A stretch of 64,000 bases of DNA from contig CAXXHB010000002.1 in the NCBI GenBank assembly GCA_963664815.2, positions 160,001-224,000 on the forward strand. Direction: 5' to 3'. The position numbers were made by a program, and so were the translations under genes. The notes under the pieces were generated by a model, which saw only the letters and a list, made by a program, of their open reading frames with translations, ran no database searches and was not told the DNA's origin. Origin of the DNA: Spirochaetota bacterium (lineage in GTDB: Bacteria > Spirochaetota > UBA4802 > UBA5550). Each line of letters opens with the position of its first letter. Position 1 is the stretch's first letter. This document shows, piece by piece, positions 10,308 through 20,083 of this stretch.

Positions 10308-11129
10308 TCATTTAACTGCGTAAATTTCAATTGTATCAGAAAAGCCTGTCAGCAAAGAATATAATCTGTATAATAATTCGAATGGTTTGTAAAAAATATT
10401 ATTTGTACTCAAAACTCTTTCCGGATGATAGCCGCATTTTATAATTTTAACTTTTTTAAATCCTGTATTTTTAAGAATTTTTTTTGCACTCTTAGGCGAC
10501 AGGTCTATCCGATGATCTCTTGGATGCATTTTAATCCATTCATCTTTTGAAATGAAAAACATCGGGCCAAAAAATGAAGGAACAGCCATGGCAAAAACTC
10601 CATCATCATTTAACATCTGGTAAATTCTTTTTATTGCATTCAATGGATCCATAAGGTGCTCTATAAAAAACCATGAGGTAATGATGTCAAATTTTTCATT
10701 TATTTCAACTTTTTCAAATGGTGATTCAATAACTTCAATAAAAAAATTATTCCTGCAATAATCAGAGGCAAAGTTGGAAATCTCAATTCCTCGAAGTTTT
10801 TTTATTCCTATATCTTTTGCCGCTTTAAGAAAAAAACCTGCTGCACTACCAATATCAAGTAAAGACAGGTCAAACTCTCTTTTATTAATAATTTTTAATA
10901 TTTTTTTCAGGCGTAAAGTGGAAAGATTGTAGATATTCTCGAAATCCTCAAGATACGTCTTTCCATATTGTCCATGATATTCGGAAATAAAATAATCCCT
11001 GTCATAAGACAGGGATTTACAATTAACATTGAAAACCAAACTGCATCTGCCACATTTGTAAAGATCAGAGCTTATCTTCTTATCGGAAAATTTGCCACAA
11101 AAAGGGCAGTTGGCTGGTTTAGAATTCAT
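10308..11129 (-). CDS. Class I SAM-dependent methyltransferase with N-terminal Cys motif
   Basis: CPFC...CGRC; LLDIGSAAGFFL; FDIITSWFFIEHL. Confidence 0.85.
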   Translation of the reverse strand: MNSKPANCPFCGKFSDKKISSDLYKCGRCSLVFNVNCKSLSYDRDYFISEYHGQYGKTYLEDFENIYNLSTLRLKKILKIINKREFDLSLLDIGSAAGFFLKAAKDIGIKKLRGIEISNFASDYCRNNFFIEVIESPFEKVEINEKFDIITSWFFIEHLMDPLNAIKRIYQMLNDDGVFAMAVPSFFGPMFFISKDEWIKMHPRDHRIDLSPKSAKKILKNTGFKKVKIIKCGYHPERVLSTNNIFYKPFELLYRLYSLLTGFSDTIEIYAVK

Positions 11130-11617
11130 TTTGTCTTGGTTTTTCTTTTTGCAGGTTCAACAACAACGGGTACTCCTCTTATTCTCGCATTATCAAATGA
11201 ATGTAGTACAAGTTCTGCATACTGCTCCGGTATCTCAAAAAAAGCATAGGTTGAATGGATATCGATTTTACCGATAGTTTTGCCGTCAATTCCGGATCTC
11301 TTTACAACCTCTCGGATAAGATCCCCGGTCGAGATATTCTGATTTTTCCCAACATTGATAAACAGCCGGGCCCGGCCATCTTTGATGTCCTCAAAAATGA
11401 TTTTGCCGGATTCAGTTTTATTCAGGAGTCTTTCGGCATTAAGGTCGAGTCTCGATATATCACCGAGAAGCTCTTTAAGCAGGGCAGCGGCTATTCTTTT
11501 AGTTCCGCCGAAGAAGGGGAGTTTCTTCTTCATCACTTTCAGGAGTTTTAGGTAATCGTCCAGTTCTTCAGAGAGGGCGCACTCCAGAATTTTTTCCAGT
11601 TTTTTTTCCTGATTCAT
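11126..11617 (-). CDS. Standalone DbpA RNA-binding domain protein
   Basis: RLFINVGKNQNISTGDL...IGKIDIHSTYAFFEIP matches the DbpA/CsdA C-terminal RRM. No helicase core. Start placed at MNQEKK. Confidence 0.8.
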   Translation of the reverse strand: MNQEKKLEKILECALSEELDDYLKLLKVMKKKLPFFGGTKRIAAALLKELLGDISRLDLNAERLLNKTESGKIIFEDIKDGRARLFINVGKNQNISTGDLIREVVKRSGIDGKTIGKIDIHSTYAFFEIPEQYAELVLHSFDNARIRGVPVVVEPAKRKTKTK

Positions 11618-11939
11618 TTTAAAACATTCCTCACTCAAAGGTAGGTAGTTACTGCAATTTGCAGCGATGTTAATTCGAATATTCTGAATTAGCATTCATA
11701 TATTTCTTAAATAAAAATGGCAAGTATTTTTCGTTTAATTAGTTGATCTCACGGATTTATTACTCACACTTTATGAGTATTTTATTATTAACTATATATT
11801 CAGGAATTATTGCAGATATTAAATTATTGTTTGACGAACATCCGTTACGTGAGATTATTTTTCAATAGAATTTGTTTGATGTAGATTAAATAAAAAATTT
11901 TTAAAGTTTAATTCTAAAATTCCAGGTTTGAATAAGTGT

Positions 11940-12308
11940 ATGAAAAAAATTTCTTTTCTTTTTTTCTTTTTTTTTGGTATTTCATGTCTGTATGGAGAAT
12001 TCAATCCGTGGAATTCAGATGTTAATATCGGTGATTCTATTAATTTCAACGAAAGCAGCTATTCAAATGTTTTTAATGGCGTCCAAAGTGGAGCTTTTTT
12101 TCTTATTAAATTTTATCAGATTGTTATTTCTCCGCAAGATGGACCGAACTGCAGACATATTCCCACATGCAGTGCATACGGGAAACAGGCGGTTATAAAA
12201 CATGGGGCATTTTTCGGATCTATCATGGCCGGAGAAAGGTTGTTAAGGTGCAACCCATATTATCCACCAGAAAAAGATCCAGTTCCGGATAAGGTTTTCG
12301 GTAAATGA
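11940..12308 (+). CDS. YidD-like (membrane protein insertion efficiency factor family) protein with N-terminal signal peptide
   Basis: IKFYQIVISPQDGPNCRHIPTCSAYGKQAV...RLLRCNP...DPVP; signal-like N-terminus MKKISFLFFFFFGISCLYG. Confidence 0.85.
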   Translation: MKKISFLFFFFFGISCLYGEFNPWNSDVNIGDSINFNESSYSNVFNGVQSGAFFLIKFYQIVISPQDGPNCRHIPTCSAYGKQAVIKHGAFFGSIMAGERLLRCNPYYPPEKDPVPDKVFGK

Positions 12309-13180
12309 GAAAATTTTTCTTTATTTATTTCTTTTTCCTACTTACAGTAATTTCATCAGCTAATGATAATAAAAATTTTCTGAACCGCCAGATTAAATTT
12401 ATCAACGAACTTTATATTAATGGACGATATTTTGACTGCATTGCTGAAACTGAAAAAATTCAAATAACTGAAAATAGCCCTGATATTGAATACTTCATAT
12501 TCTCAAACTACTATCTTGCCGGTCAATATGCAACAGTAATAAATAATTATAATATAAACATTTCATCTGATGAGATGCATTTCAAGTCCCTGCTTCTTTT
12601 ATCGGGTTCATTTTTAAAAAAAGAAAAATATTTTGAAAGCTATGAAACTCTAAAAAAATTTGAATATAATGAACTTCCCAGTGAATACATTTTTACAATG
12701 TTTCTGCGTAGAACAGAATCCCTGATTCTAACAGGTGATAATTCAATGATAGATAACGAAATCAGTAAATCTGGTGCTTTTCTGGAAGATAATTACAATT
12801 TTAAAAAACTGAGAGAAGAACTTCTGCTGTATAAAAAGAATGAATTGAAAAATCCCTCTTACTCGGCATTGATATCGGCATTTTTACCAGGGCTCGGACA
12901 ATGTTATAATGGATATCCAATGGATGGTTTAATATCTTTCACTGCTATTGCAGCTACACTTGCAGGAGGACTTTATTTGAGAGATTCCGGAAAGAAAGAT
13001 TTTTCATATACACTATTCTTTTTTTCAGGACTTTTTTATGGAGGAAACATTTATGGAGCATATAATTCGGCACAGGCGGAAAACAATAAGGAGCTTCATC
13101 GCAGAAGAAACAGTATAATTTCTCAATATGGTTCTTATAACCCAGGTGACTACGTTGACATAGAGAGCATATTTCATTGA
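12305..13180 (+). CDS. Exported helical-repeat protein with C-terminal membrane segments
   Basis: Signal peptide, TPR-like helices, then KNPSYSALISAFLPGLGQCYNG and two hydrophobic helices. Overlaps both neighbours by 4 nt. Confidence 0.7.
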   Translation: MRKFFFIYFFFLLTVISSANDNKNFLNRQIKFINELYINGRYFDCIAETEKIQITENSPDIEYFIFSNYYLAGQYATVINNYNINISSDEMHFKSLLLLSGSFLKKEKYFESYETLKKFEYNELPSEYIFTMFLRRTESLILTGDNSMIDNEISKSGAFLEDNYNFKKLREELLLYKKNELKNPSYSALISAFLPGLGQCYNGYPMDGLISFTAIAATLAGGLYLRDSGKKDFSYTLFFFSGLFYGGNIYGAYNSAQAENNKELHRRRNSIISQYGSYNPGDYVDIESIFH

Positions 13181-14025
13181 AAAAGCTGCTATTTTGTTTT
13201 ATAATATCATTCATAACCCCCCCTATCTTCCCATCAGAAAAGGGTTTAATAGAACTCGCCGAATATCATTATAATAAAAAAGAATATTATAATTCAATTA
13301 CTGAATCTATGAGGTATCAGTTTTTATATCCTCAAGGTTCACTTTTTTCTAAAAGTTTGCTTATAATGAGTAAATCCTACTATAAAGGTGGAAATAAAGA
13401 AAAAGCTTTATTTACATTATCTGAGTGCTTCGAAAAGTTCACTAATAATGATGATGGACAAATTGCCCTGTTTTATAATGGTCTTATCAGGCTTGAATCG
13501 GGTTCGTATAATCTTGCTTTAAAATCATTTCTCGAATATGATTACATATACAATAACGGTATTTATAAGGAAGACGCATTAATTAATTTAACCATTGCAT
13601 ATTCCATTACCGGAAATTATGAAGACGCTGAAAAGGTAGTACTCAATTATAAAAAAACTTTTCCCAATGGGAAATATCAGAAAAAAATGGATGAATTATC
13701 TATATTAATTGACGATCTTAAATTGAAACCTGAAAAAAATCCATTTATTGCAGGACTATCTTCTGCAATAATTCCTGGATCAGGGTATTTTTATACAGAG
13801 AAATATATGCTTGGCATTTTTTCTTTTTTAACTAACAGCGCTCTTATCTATGGAATTTATGACGGTTATAAAAAAAGGAATCAGTTTCAAATGATATTCT
13901 TTTCAGTTATTGAATTATCCTTTTATAATTATTCAATTATAGGTTCAGTAAAAAGCGTAAATGAATATAATACCCACAATGATTTAAAAAGAGATATTTT
14001 ACTCGGATTTAAAACAACATTCTGA
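13177..14025 (+). CDS. TPR (BamD/YfiO-like) protein with C-terminal membrane segments
   Basis: TPR patterns (FLYPQGSLFSKSLL, YKKTFPNGKY), then KNPFIAGLSSAIIPGSGYFYT, paralogous to the upstream gene. Confidence 0.72.
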   Translation: MKKLLFCFIISFITPPIFPSEKGLIELAEYHYNKKEYYNSITESMRYQFLYPQGSLFSKSLLIMSKSYYKGGNKEKALFTLSECFEKFTNNDDGQIALFYNGLIRLESGSYNLALKSFLEYDYIYNNGIYKEDALINLTIAYSITGNYEDAEKVVLNYKKTFPNGKYQKKMDELSILIDDLKLKPEKNPFIAGLSSAIIPGSGYFYTEKYMLGIFSFLTNSALIYGIYDGYKKRNQFQMIFFSVIELSFYNYSIIGSVKSVNEYNTHNDLKRDILLGFKTTF

Positions 14026-14047
14026 TATAAATAGTTATGGAGAATTT

Positions 14048-14698
14048 GTGGAAAGAAAATCTTACAAGATTGATTCTCTTGATAGTATTAATCCTGAAAA
14101 AAGTCAGCTAATAAATTTTGAAAGAATTATAAAAAACGAAAGACTGGAAGATGTTGCTGAAAAACTTGTTGAGTCGACATTCGTTGAACAACATTTCATG
14201 AGAAAGGACGCGATTGACCGTTTTCTTGATTTTGCATTTTTCCGAATTCAAACCGGAGCATTTGATGTAATACACATGGCCTACCCAACAAAACGGATGC
14301 ACGACAGAGATCTTGAAACAAAAATTAAAAGCCTGTTAAATGAACATTTATATCCTGAAATTGTTCTCAGGATTCTTAAATTCTTTGCCAGAAATATTCA
14401 TGATTCAGATACAAATCTTTATATTGCAAACCTGATTGAATCTGAGTCGATAATTCGTTCAGTATATGATACTTTTAAGCTTTTTCAGAAAGACATTTTT
14501 ATCTATAATGCTGAGAAAAAAACGTTGAATGTTAAAATGATTCAACAATTTTCACCACAGTCAGATGTTACCCTCTCTCTCCCTCTTGATGCATGCGCGA
14601 GATTTAAGTATATACTTGAGTTTTTTTACATCAAGCAGAAAGTCAGCCATATATATACTCTCGATGATCTGATAATGTATAAGAAAGAGGCTTCATAA
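14048..14698 (+). CDS. Hypothetical protein
   Basis: 216-aa ORF, GGAG RBS upstream of the GTG start; no recognised motif. Confidence 0.7.
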   Translation: MERKSYKIDSLDSINPEKSQLINFERIIKNERLEDVAEKLVESTFVEQHFMRKDAIDRFLDFAFFRIQTGAFDVIHMAYPTKRMHDRDLETKIKSLLNEHLYPEIVLRILKFFARNIHDSDTNLYIANLIESESIIRSVYDTFKLFQKDIFIYNAEKKTLNVKMIQQFSPQSDVTLSLPLDACARFKYILEFFYIKQKVSHIYTLDDLIMYKKEAS

Positions 14699-14702
14699 AA
14701 AT

Positions 14703-15146
14703 CTATTTTTTATAATTGTTATCTTCAGAATCAACAGTTTCTTTTACAAAGATATTCATATATCGCCTGGAGTCTGTAAATCCTTTCACATCATTAAGTG
14801 ACGGCTTATTCTCCTTAATAAGCCAAAACATTATGTCCTGTATATCGAGAGGACTTGTATCAATAACTGTATATTTGAAATACATGTCATGCTCAAGAAG
14901 CTTTTCGCGAAGATCATTATGTTTGAGAACCAGTTCGTCCATTAATTTAGCTAATCCAACTCTCAGACCATCTCTCCAACATGCGTAGAAAAGGGTGGAC
15001 TCCATTTTTCTGTTAATTTTATTTTGTATCCAGATAATTCCGGGAAGCTCCGGCAAAACTCTTCTTGCCTCATATTTGTCATATTCAAACAGACGCGACC
15101 AATTTATCGAATAATAAACGTTCTGATCTCTTAGATCTTTTTTCAT
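14703..15146 (-). CDS. Hypothetical protein, degenerate GIY-YIG-like fold
   Basis: LPELPGI...LR..L...YTVIDTSPLDIQDIMFWLIKENKPSLN follows the spacing of the UvrC N-terminal domain. Confidence 0.6.
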   Translation of the reverse strand: MKKDLRDQNVYYSINWSRLFEYDKYEARRVLPELPGIIWIQNKINRKMESTLFYACWRDGLRVGLAKLMDELVLKHNDLREKLLEHDMYFKYTVIDTSPLDIQDIMFWLIKENKPSLNDVKGFTDSRRYMNIFVKETVDSEDNNYKK

Positions 15147-15162
15147 TTTACATTTTACCCGG

Positions 15163-15738
15163 CTATTCCATTTTTTTTATCAGCTGATTAAGTTTCTTCA
15201 AAAGCTTTACACTTCTTTTTTTTATATCAGTATCATTAAGCAGTTCAATTCGTAGTTTATAATCCAATACAAAATAATTGGCTATAAAATCAGTTATTTG
15301 ATTTAGTTCAAATAAGAAATTCATCAATTCAATTAAACGGTCAGATTCCTGTACATTGATAAGAAAAACAAGTTCCTGCGCTTTTTTTCTAAGTTCCTTT
15401 ATTAATTCCGGATCTGTATTGTTTACATCCGGTTGTATTATGCTGTAAAAGGCTTCATGTATACCTTTAATCTTTATAATATGAACTCTTGTTATACCCT
15501 TAAGATGTAAATTTATTTTTCCATCCTTCTCTTCTAAATCAGTTATTTCTGCTAAAATGGCAACACGCCTTCTAATTATAAGAAGATCAAAAATATTTCT
15601 TATAGGATAAGTAATAATTTTATCCCTCTTTTTCAGACCTTCTGAAAAAGTTGAATGTCTCAAAAGCACACAGGTAGTGCAATGAGGGAAAAGAACTTTT
15701 TTATGAAGGATGAAGGCTTTTACAAATTCATGATTCAT
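15163..15738 (-). CDS. Standalone Lon substrate-binding (LON N-terminal) domain protein
   Basis: LHKKVLFPH, LKGITRVHI, ITDFIA and RIELLNDTDIKKR. No ATPase or protease domain. Confidence 0.75.
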   Translation of the reverse strand: MNHEFVKAFILHKKVLFPHCTTCVLLRHSTFSEGLKKRDKIITYPIRNIFDLLIIRRRVAILAEITDLEEKDGKINLHLKGITRVHIIKIKGIHEAFYSIIQPDVNNTDPELIKELRKKAQELVFLINVQESDRLIELMNFLFELNQITDFIANYFVLDYKLRIELLNDTDIKKRSVKLLKKLNQLIKKME

Positions 15739-16200
15739 CAGTTAATTATTCTGTTTTTTAAAAATTAATAATTCTAAAAGAACTTCTATGACTTTATATT
15801 TAAAGATTTCGGAGAGATCTACTTGAGTATATAACTTTTTTTTAATTTTACAATAAATATCTTTTTTATATATAATTAGAAATGTAGTTTTATTTAAAAT
15901 CCAGCAAAGCTCATAGTGATTATAAATTGAGATTTATAGCCAACTCTTTGTACTAAAGTGAAATAAGTATAAAAAAAAGATTGTAAATTTTGTCAATAGG
16001 TATATTGTAAATCTGAAGTCAGTTATTAATATATCTTGTAATGTTACAAATAACCTAATCATCTTTAAAACTTATCAAAATACTGTAAAATGGTATTATC
16101 ATAATAAATAAATTTTGAATATAACTGAATCAGAAAGAAGTAAACATAATATTGATTACATAATAAATTTTTTGGAACTGATAAATTAAGAGGTAATTAT

Positions 16201-16515
16201 ATGTCAGATAAAAGAAAAAACGAAAGAATAAAAAAAGGGATTAAATCCGAGGTATTTTCTGAAGAACATGCCTCTTTCAGCTCTTCAGTTGATTTAAGCA
16301 AAGGTGGAATTTTTATTTCTACACCAGAACCTCTCGGGAAAGGTTCTGAAGTAAACATGATAATTCATATGCCGGGTCATGGAGAGCTTGAAGTTAAGGG
16401 AATTGTTAAATGGGTTAGAAACGATGAAACAGAAGCTGCAAGAGCCGGGATGGGAATTGAGTTTACTAATGTAAACACTGATTTGAAAAAGAAGCTTGAT
16501 GAACTGATAAAATAA
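16201..16515 (+). CDS. PilZ domain protein (c-di-GMP receptor)
   Basis: RKNER (RxxxR), DLSKGG (DxSxxG), GIVKWVR and GMGIEF; GAGGT RBS. Confidence 0.9.
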   Translation: MSDKRKNERIKKGIKSEVFSEEHASFSSSVDLSKGGIFISTPEPLGKGSEVNMIIHMPGHGELEVKGIVKWVRNDETEAARAGMGIEFTNVNTDLKKKLDELIK

Positions 16516-16516
16516 A

Positions 16517-17119
16517 CTATCTGAATAAATCAAAAACTGCTTCGGCCATAAACTTATATCCCGATTCAGTTGGATGGATACCGTCTAACTGAACAAGGAG
16601 TGTATGCTTAATACCCGAATTTATTTTCGTCTCCCAATATTCATGAACTTTTACAACAGGAATATTATACTTTAAACCGCTTTCTGATATTTTTTTGTAA
16701 TATTCCTGTGCAAATTTATTTTCTGCATGATTTAATAATGCGACAGATGTTAAAAGTGCTATTTCGGTGCTGTCTCTATCTTTTATTTTTAAAATTATTG
16801 ATTCAAGATTTGACTGAAAATCTTCAGGAGAGAATCCGGTATATGCATCATTAAGCGCGAATTGTATTAATACAAGATCAGGAGATAATCGTATAACATC
16901 ATTTTCCACTCTTCTGAGCCCATCCCTGGCAGTGTCTCCGGGGATTCCTTTGTTGAAAATGGAAAAAATTGAGGCAGGATACTCTTGTTTTATCATTGTT
17001 TTTAGATAATCAATATATCCATATTCCGTCATCCAGCCGAATGTTAAGGAGTCACCAAGAGCTACAATTTTTAAATCTACTCCATCTTTTAACTTCTGTA
17101 GAGTATTAACCAGCTTCAT
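16517..17119 (-). CDS. SGNH/GDSL hydrolase
   Basis: GDSLT, NKGIPG, FALND and DGIHP blocks. Confidence 0.9.
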   Translation of the reverse strand: MKLVNTLQKLKDGVDLKIVALGDSLTFGWMTEYGYIDYLKTMIKQEYPASIFSIFNKGIPGDTARDGLRRVENDVIRLSPDLVLIQFALNDAYTGFSPEDFQSNLESIILKIKDRDSTEIALLTSVALLNHAENKFAQEYYKKISESGLKYNIPVVKVHEYWETKINSGIKHTLLVQLDGIHPTESGYKFMAEAVFDLFR

Positions 17120-17528
17120 GAATAAATCTCCTTTTGTGTTTTTAAAATCAGAGCTTTTATTTTCAAATATATTTAAAATTATGAGAATTGATTACAACCA
17201 TATTGTAATATATAAAAATCAGATACTTTTATTCAAGGTTAAAAAGTACCGATCACTCCAAATCCACATATGAATTCTTTATTTAAAAAAAAATGTTTAA
17301 AAAAGTATATTTTTTTTAATTATTCAAATAATATTATTGCTTTTTGCTCTAATTAGTATAAAATATAAAGAATAGTCTTATAGTGTATAAAAAATATTAT
17401 ATTTTTTTTATTTTTTAACAGGAATTCTTTATATATTAGTGGAAAAGTTTAAAAATTTTTATTTTAATATAATTATTAAAAACAGCAGTAAAATAATAAT
17501 AAAGTGATACAAATTCAGGAGTGATGGA

Positions 17529-18032
17529 ATGAAAATTGAAATTACTATTCTTGGTCTTCTTATGGAAGGAAATCTCTATGGTTATGAGATTAAAAAAAAG
17601 ATAGTGGAAAGACTTGAAGATTATGTTGATATTAAATTCGGTTCAATTTATTATGCAATTAAAAAGTCTGTTGAAAATGGATGGGTAAAAAGAGTTGGAA
17701 CGGAAAAGGAGAGTGGAAATCCCGAAAGATACGTATATGAGATACTTCCTGCCGGAAAAAAACATTATAAAAAACTATTAAAGCAATACTTTGATACTAA
17801 TTTTATACATTTTGACGTAGATATCGTTCTGATGTTTTTTGATAATCTCACAGAGGAACAGAAAGAGCAGTTCCTTGAAGAAAGAATAACCATGGTTAAA
17901 GAAAAAATTGATAGTATTAAAGAAAAAATTGAAAAAGATGCAAATGACAATTCTTACAGACATATTTTATCATATCTTGAACATCACTTGAAAGCTGAAT
18001 TAAACTGGTTAAAGACATTGAAAAGTACATGA
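17529..18032 (+). CDS. PadR-family transcriptional regulator
   Basis: ILGLL..GNLYGYEIKK, GSIYYAIKK and PERYVYEI. Confidence 0.9.
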   Translation: MKIEITILGLLMEGNLYGYEIKKKIVERLEDYVDIKFGSIYYAIKKSVENGWVKRVGTEKESGNPERYVYEILPAGKKHYKKLLKQYFDTNFIHFDVDIVLMFFDNLTEEQKEQFLEERITMVKEKIDSIKEKIEKDANDNSYRHILSYLEHHLKAELNWLKTLKST

Positions 18033-18044
18033 AGCTGTATAATC

Positions 18045-19103
18045 CTATAATTCATCAACTATCGGCTTAAGAAATTCTACTTTCTTTTTAAAGAGAATTT
18101 CTTCAAGTTCGTTTTTTAATTTGCCAATATCTGATTTTATTCTTTCAACCTGGCCGATAGTTTTATCTTCACTTCCATTATTATCCAGCTGATGATCAAT
18201 AAGGGATTTATTTATCGTGCTTATTTTAATTACATTAAAATAGTGCTTCTGGGCCAAAGAATAGGTTATGTTTTTCAGAAGATCCTCCTGTTTTTCACAT
18301 ATTTCTTTTAATTCATTTTTTTTAATTAGTGTTATTACAGTATTATTTTTTGCTTTCAAAGTAGCCGTTCTTTTCTCATTTAGCAGGAGAGCCATTTCAC
18401 CGATGACAGTGCCTCTCTTGTCAATAGTTGCAACTTTATTCCCCCCTATTTCAACGTCAATAGCCCCGGATTGAAGAATGTACATCTCTTCTCCTGCTGT
18501 ATTCTCCTCACAGATAATTGAACCGCGGGTGTATTCTATCATTTTATCTGATAATTGATTTGATGATTCTATTGTAAGTGAATCCTGAGATCTGTAGAAG
18601 GCTTCCCCTCTTTTATAATTAATTGAAGTAATATTTTTTTTTAATATCTCATTCATCCATGGAAGTTTTCTTTTTTCATATTCCTGATTAAGATTAAAAA
18701 CAGCCTTGTAAAACTTTATTGATAATTCGCGCAGCTGTTTTTCTTTACCTTCAAGTGCAACAATATTTTTATTAATAATTTTATTGGTCAGCAAAACCTG
18801 TTTTGCAAGTACAATTGATGTATTAATAAGAAATGAAAATTTTTCCATTCCGCTGATAAATTTTTCAGCAGGGATTTTTTTAATTGAAGTCTCTCTTGAA
18901 GCAATAGCTGTTTCAATTCTCTGGGTTTGCTGATTGAGCAGGTTATTCATGATTAACTCAGTTGCACCAACTATGAGATTCTGTCCCTTAATAGCATATT
19001 TATCAATATTTGAAGCATAGAGATACACACTTCCGCTATTGAGGAAATATGCAGAATCGGGTTGGCTGTTTACGGTATATAATTTAATAAATTCTTCAGG
19101 CAT
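18045..19103 (-). CDS. Tandem cyclic-nucleotide-binding domain protein
   Basis: The C-terminal cNMP domain has GEEMYILQSG...GEMALLLNEKRTAT. The N-terminal copy is degenerate (AYFLNSGSV...VGATEL...RIETA). No HTH. Confidence 0.8.
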   Translation of the reverse strand: MPEEFIKLYTVNSQPDSAYFLNSGSVYLYASNIDKYAIKGQNLIVGATELIMNNLLNQQTQRIETAIASRETSIKKIPAEKFISGMEKFSFLINTSIVLAKQVLLTNKIINKNIVALEGKEKQLRELSIKFYKAVFNLNQEYEKRKLPWMNEILKKNITSINYKRGEAFYRSQDSLTIESSNQLSDKMIEYTRGSIICEENTAGEEMYILQSGAIDVEIGGNKVATIDKRGTVIGEMALLLNEKRTATLKAKNNTVITLIKKNELKEICEKQEDLLKNITYSLAQKHYFNVIKISTINKSLIDHQLDNNGSEDKTIGQVERIKSDIGKLKNELEEILFKKKVEFLKPIVDEL

Positions 19104-19112
19104 CAGGAAACA

Positions 19113-19472
19113 CTATGACAAAATTCTATCAACAAGAGTAAGGAGTTCTTCTTTTTTAAATGGCTTTGTTAAATATGCGTCAGCTTCAATATTCTCATCA
19201 TTCATTTTTATAGTTTTTTCATTTAGTGCCGAAACAACTATTATTTTAGATCCAGGATTTTTTTTCTTTATTTCTTTCACTGCATTTATGCCATCTTTTC
19301 CACCCATGGTAATATCCATTGTCAGGAAATCAGGTTTTACCTCTTCATAAAGATCAATTCCACCCTGACCGTTATCAGCTTCTCCAACCACAGTGTGTCC
19401 ACCATTAATAAGAATATCAGCAATGATTTTTCTCATAAATTTTGAGTCATCAACAATTATACATTTTGCCAT
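19113..19472 (-). CDS. Single-domain response regulator (CheY-like)
   Basis: IVDDS, MDITM (phosphoacceptor Asp), VSA and KPF. Confidence 0.9.
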   Translation of the reverse strand: MAKCIIVDDSKFMRKIIADILINGGHTVVGEADNGQGGIDLYEEVKPDFLTMDITMGGKDGINAVKEIKKKNPGSKIIVVSALNEKTIKMNDENIEADAYLTKPFKKEELLTLVDRILS

Positions 19473-20083
19473 TAAAAAGCCCCGATTTTATTTTTAAGTG
19501 TTGATATATTAATTACCCGTTGGAGAAATATTCAAGTATAAAATATTTTTTATTGGAAATGCATAAAAAAGTAAACCATGCTTTTCCATCTTTTAAATGA
19601 AAAAAGAGGGTATAAAATGTTTAATTTTAAATTAAACCAGCATAATCAATATACTCTAATATTGAATTTATGCTATAAATAATGCGTTTTATTGAGAAGT
19701 ACTGATTCAAATTCATGAATTATTGGAAAATATATAAATTTTATATGATTCCGCTTTGAAAGATAAATATCCAAAGATATAGCTACTCCAGAGAAAATTA
19801 CAATAAAATCTTTCCAGATCTGTTCCGGTCTTTATCCTCTGTGGAGAACGGCTTCAATATCGCATCACTTATTAATTATGCTTGTTTTTTTTATTGCCAG
19901 TAAAATAATCAGAAAATTGCAGAAAATGATCTCTAATATATTTTAAAAACAGTTAAATGTGAAGATGTATCAGATTGTTTATGAAAAATAAAAAATCCCA
20001 GTTAACAGCTTCCGAAAAGATATCTAATATTATTATTTAGATAGTAATATATAAAATTTCAAAATTGCCCGGGTATTAAAATT

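Noticed and set aside
15739-16200. c-di-GMP riboswitch upstream of the PilZ gene
   Set aside because: AT-rich, with no GEMM-like paired stems and tetraloop/receptor.
19473-20083. Hidden gene or ncRNA upstream of hemA
   Set aside because: The frames I checked contain stops and no recognisable motif or stable structure; probably divergent promoter DNA.
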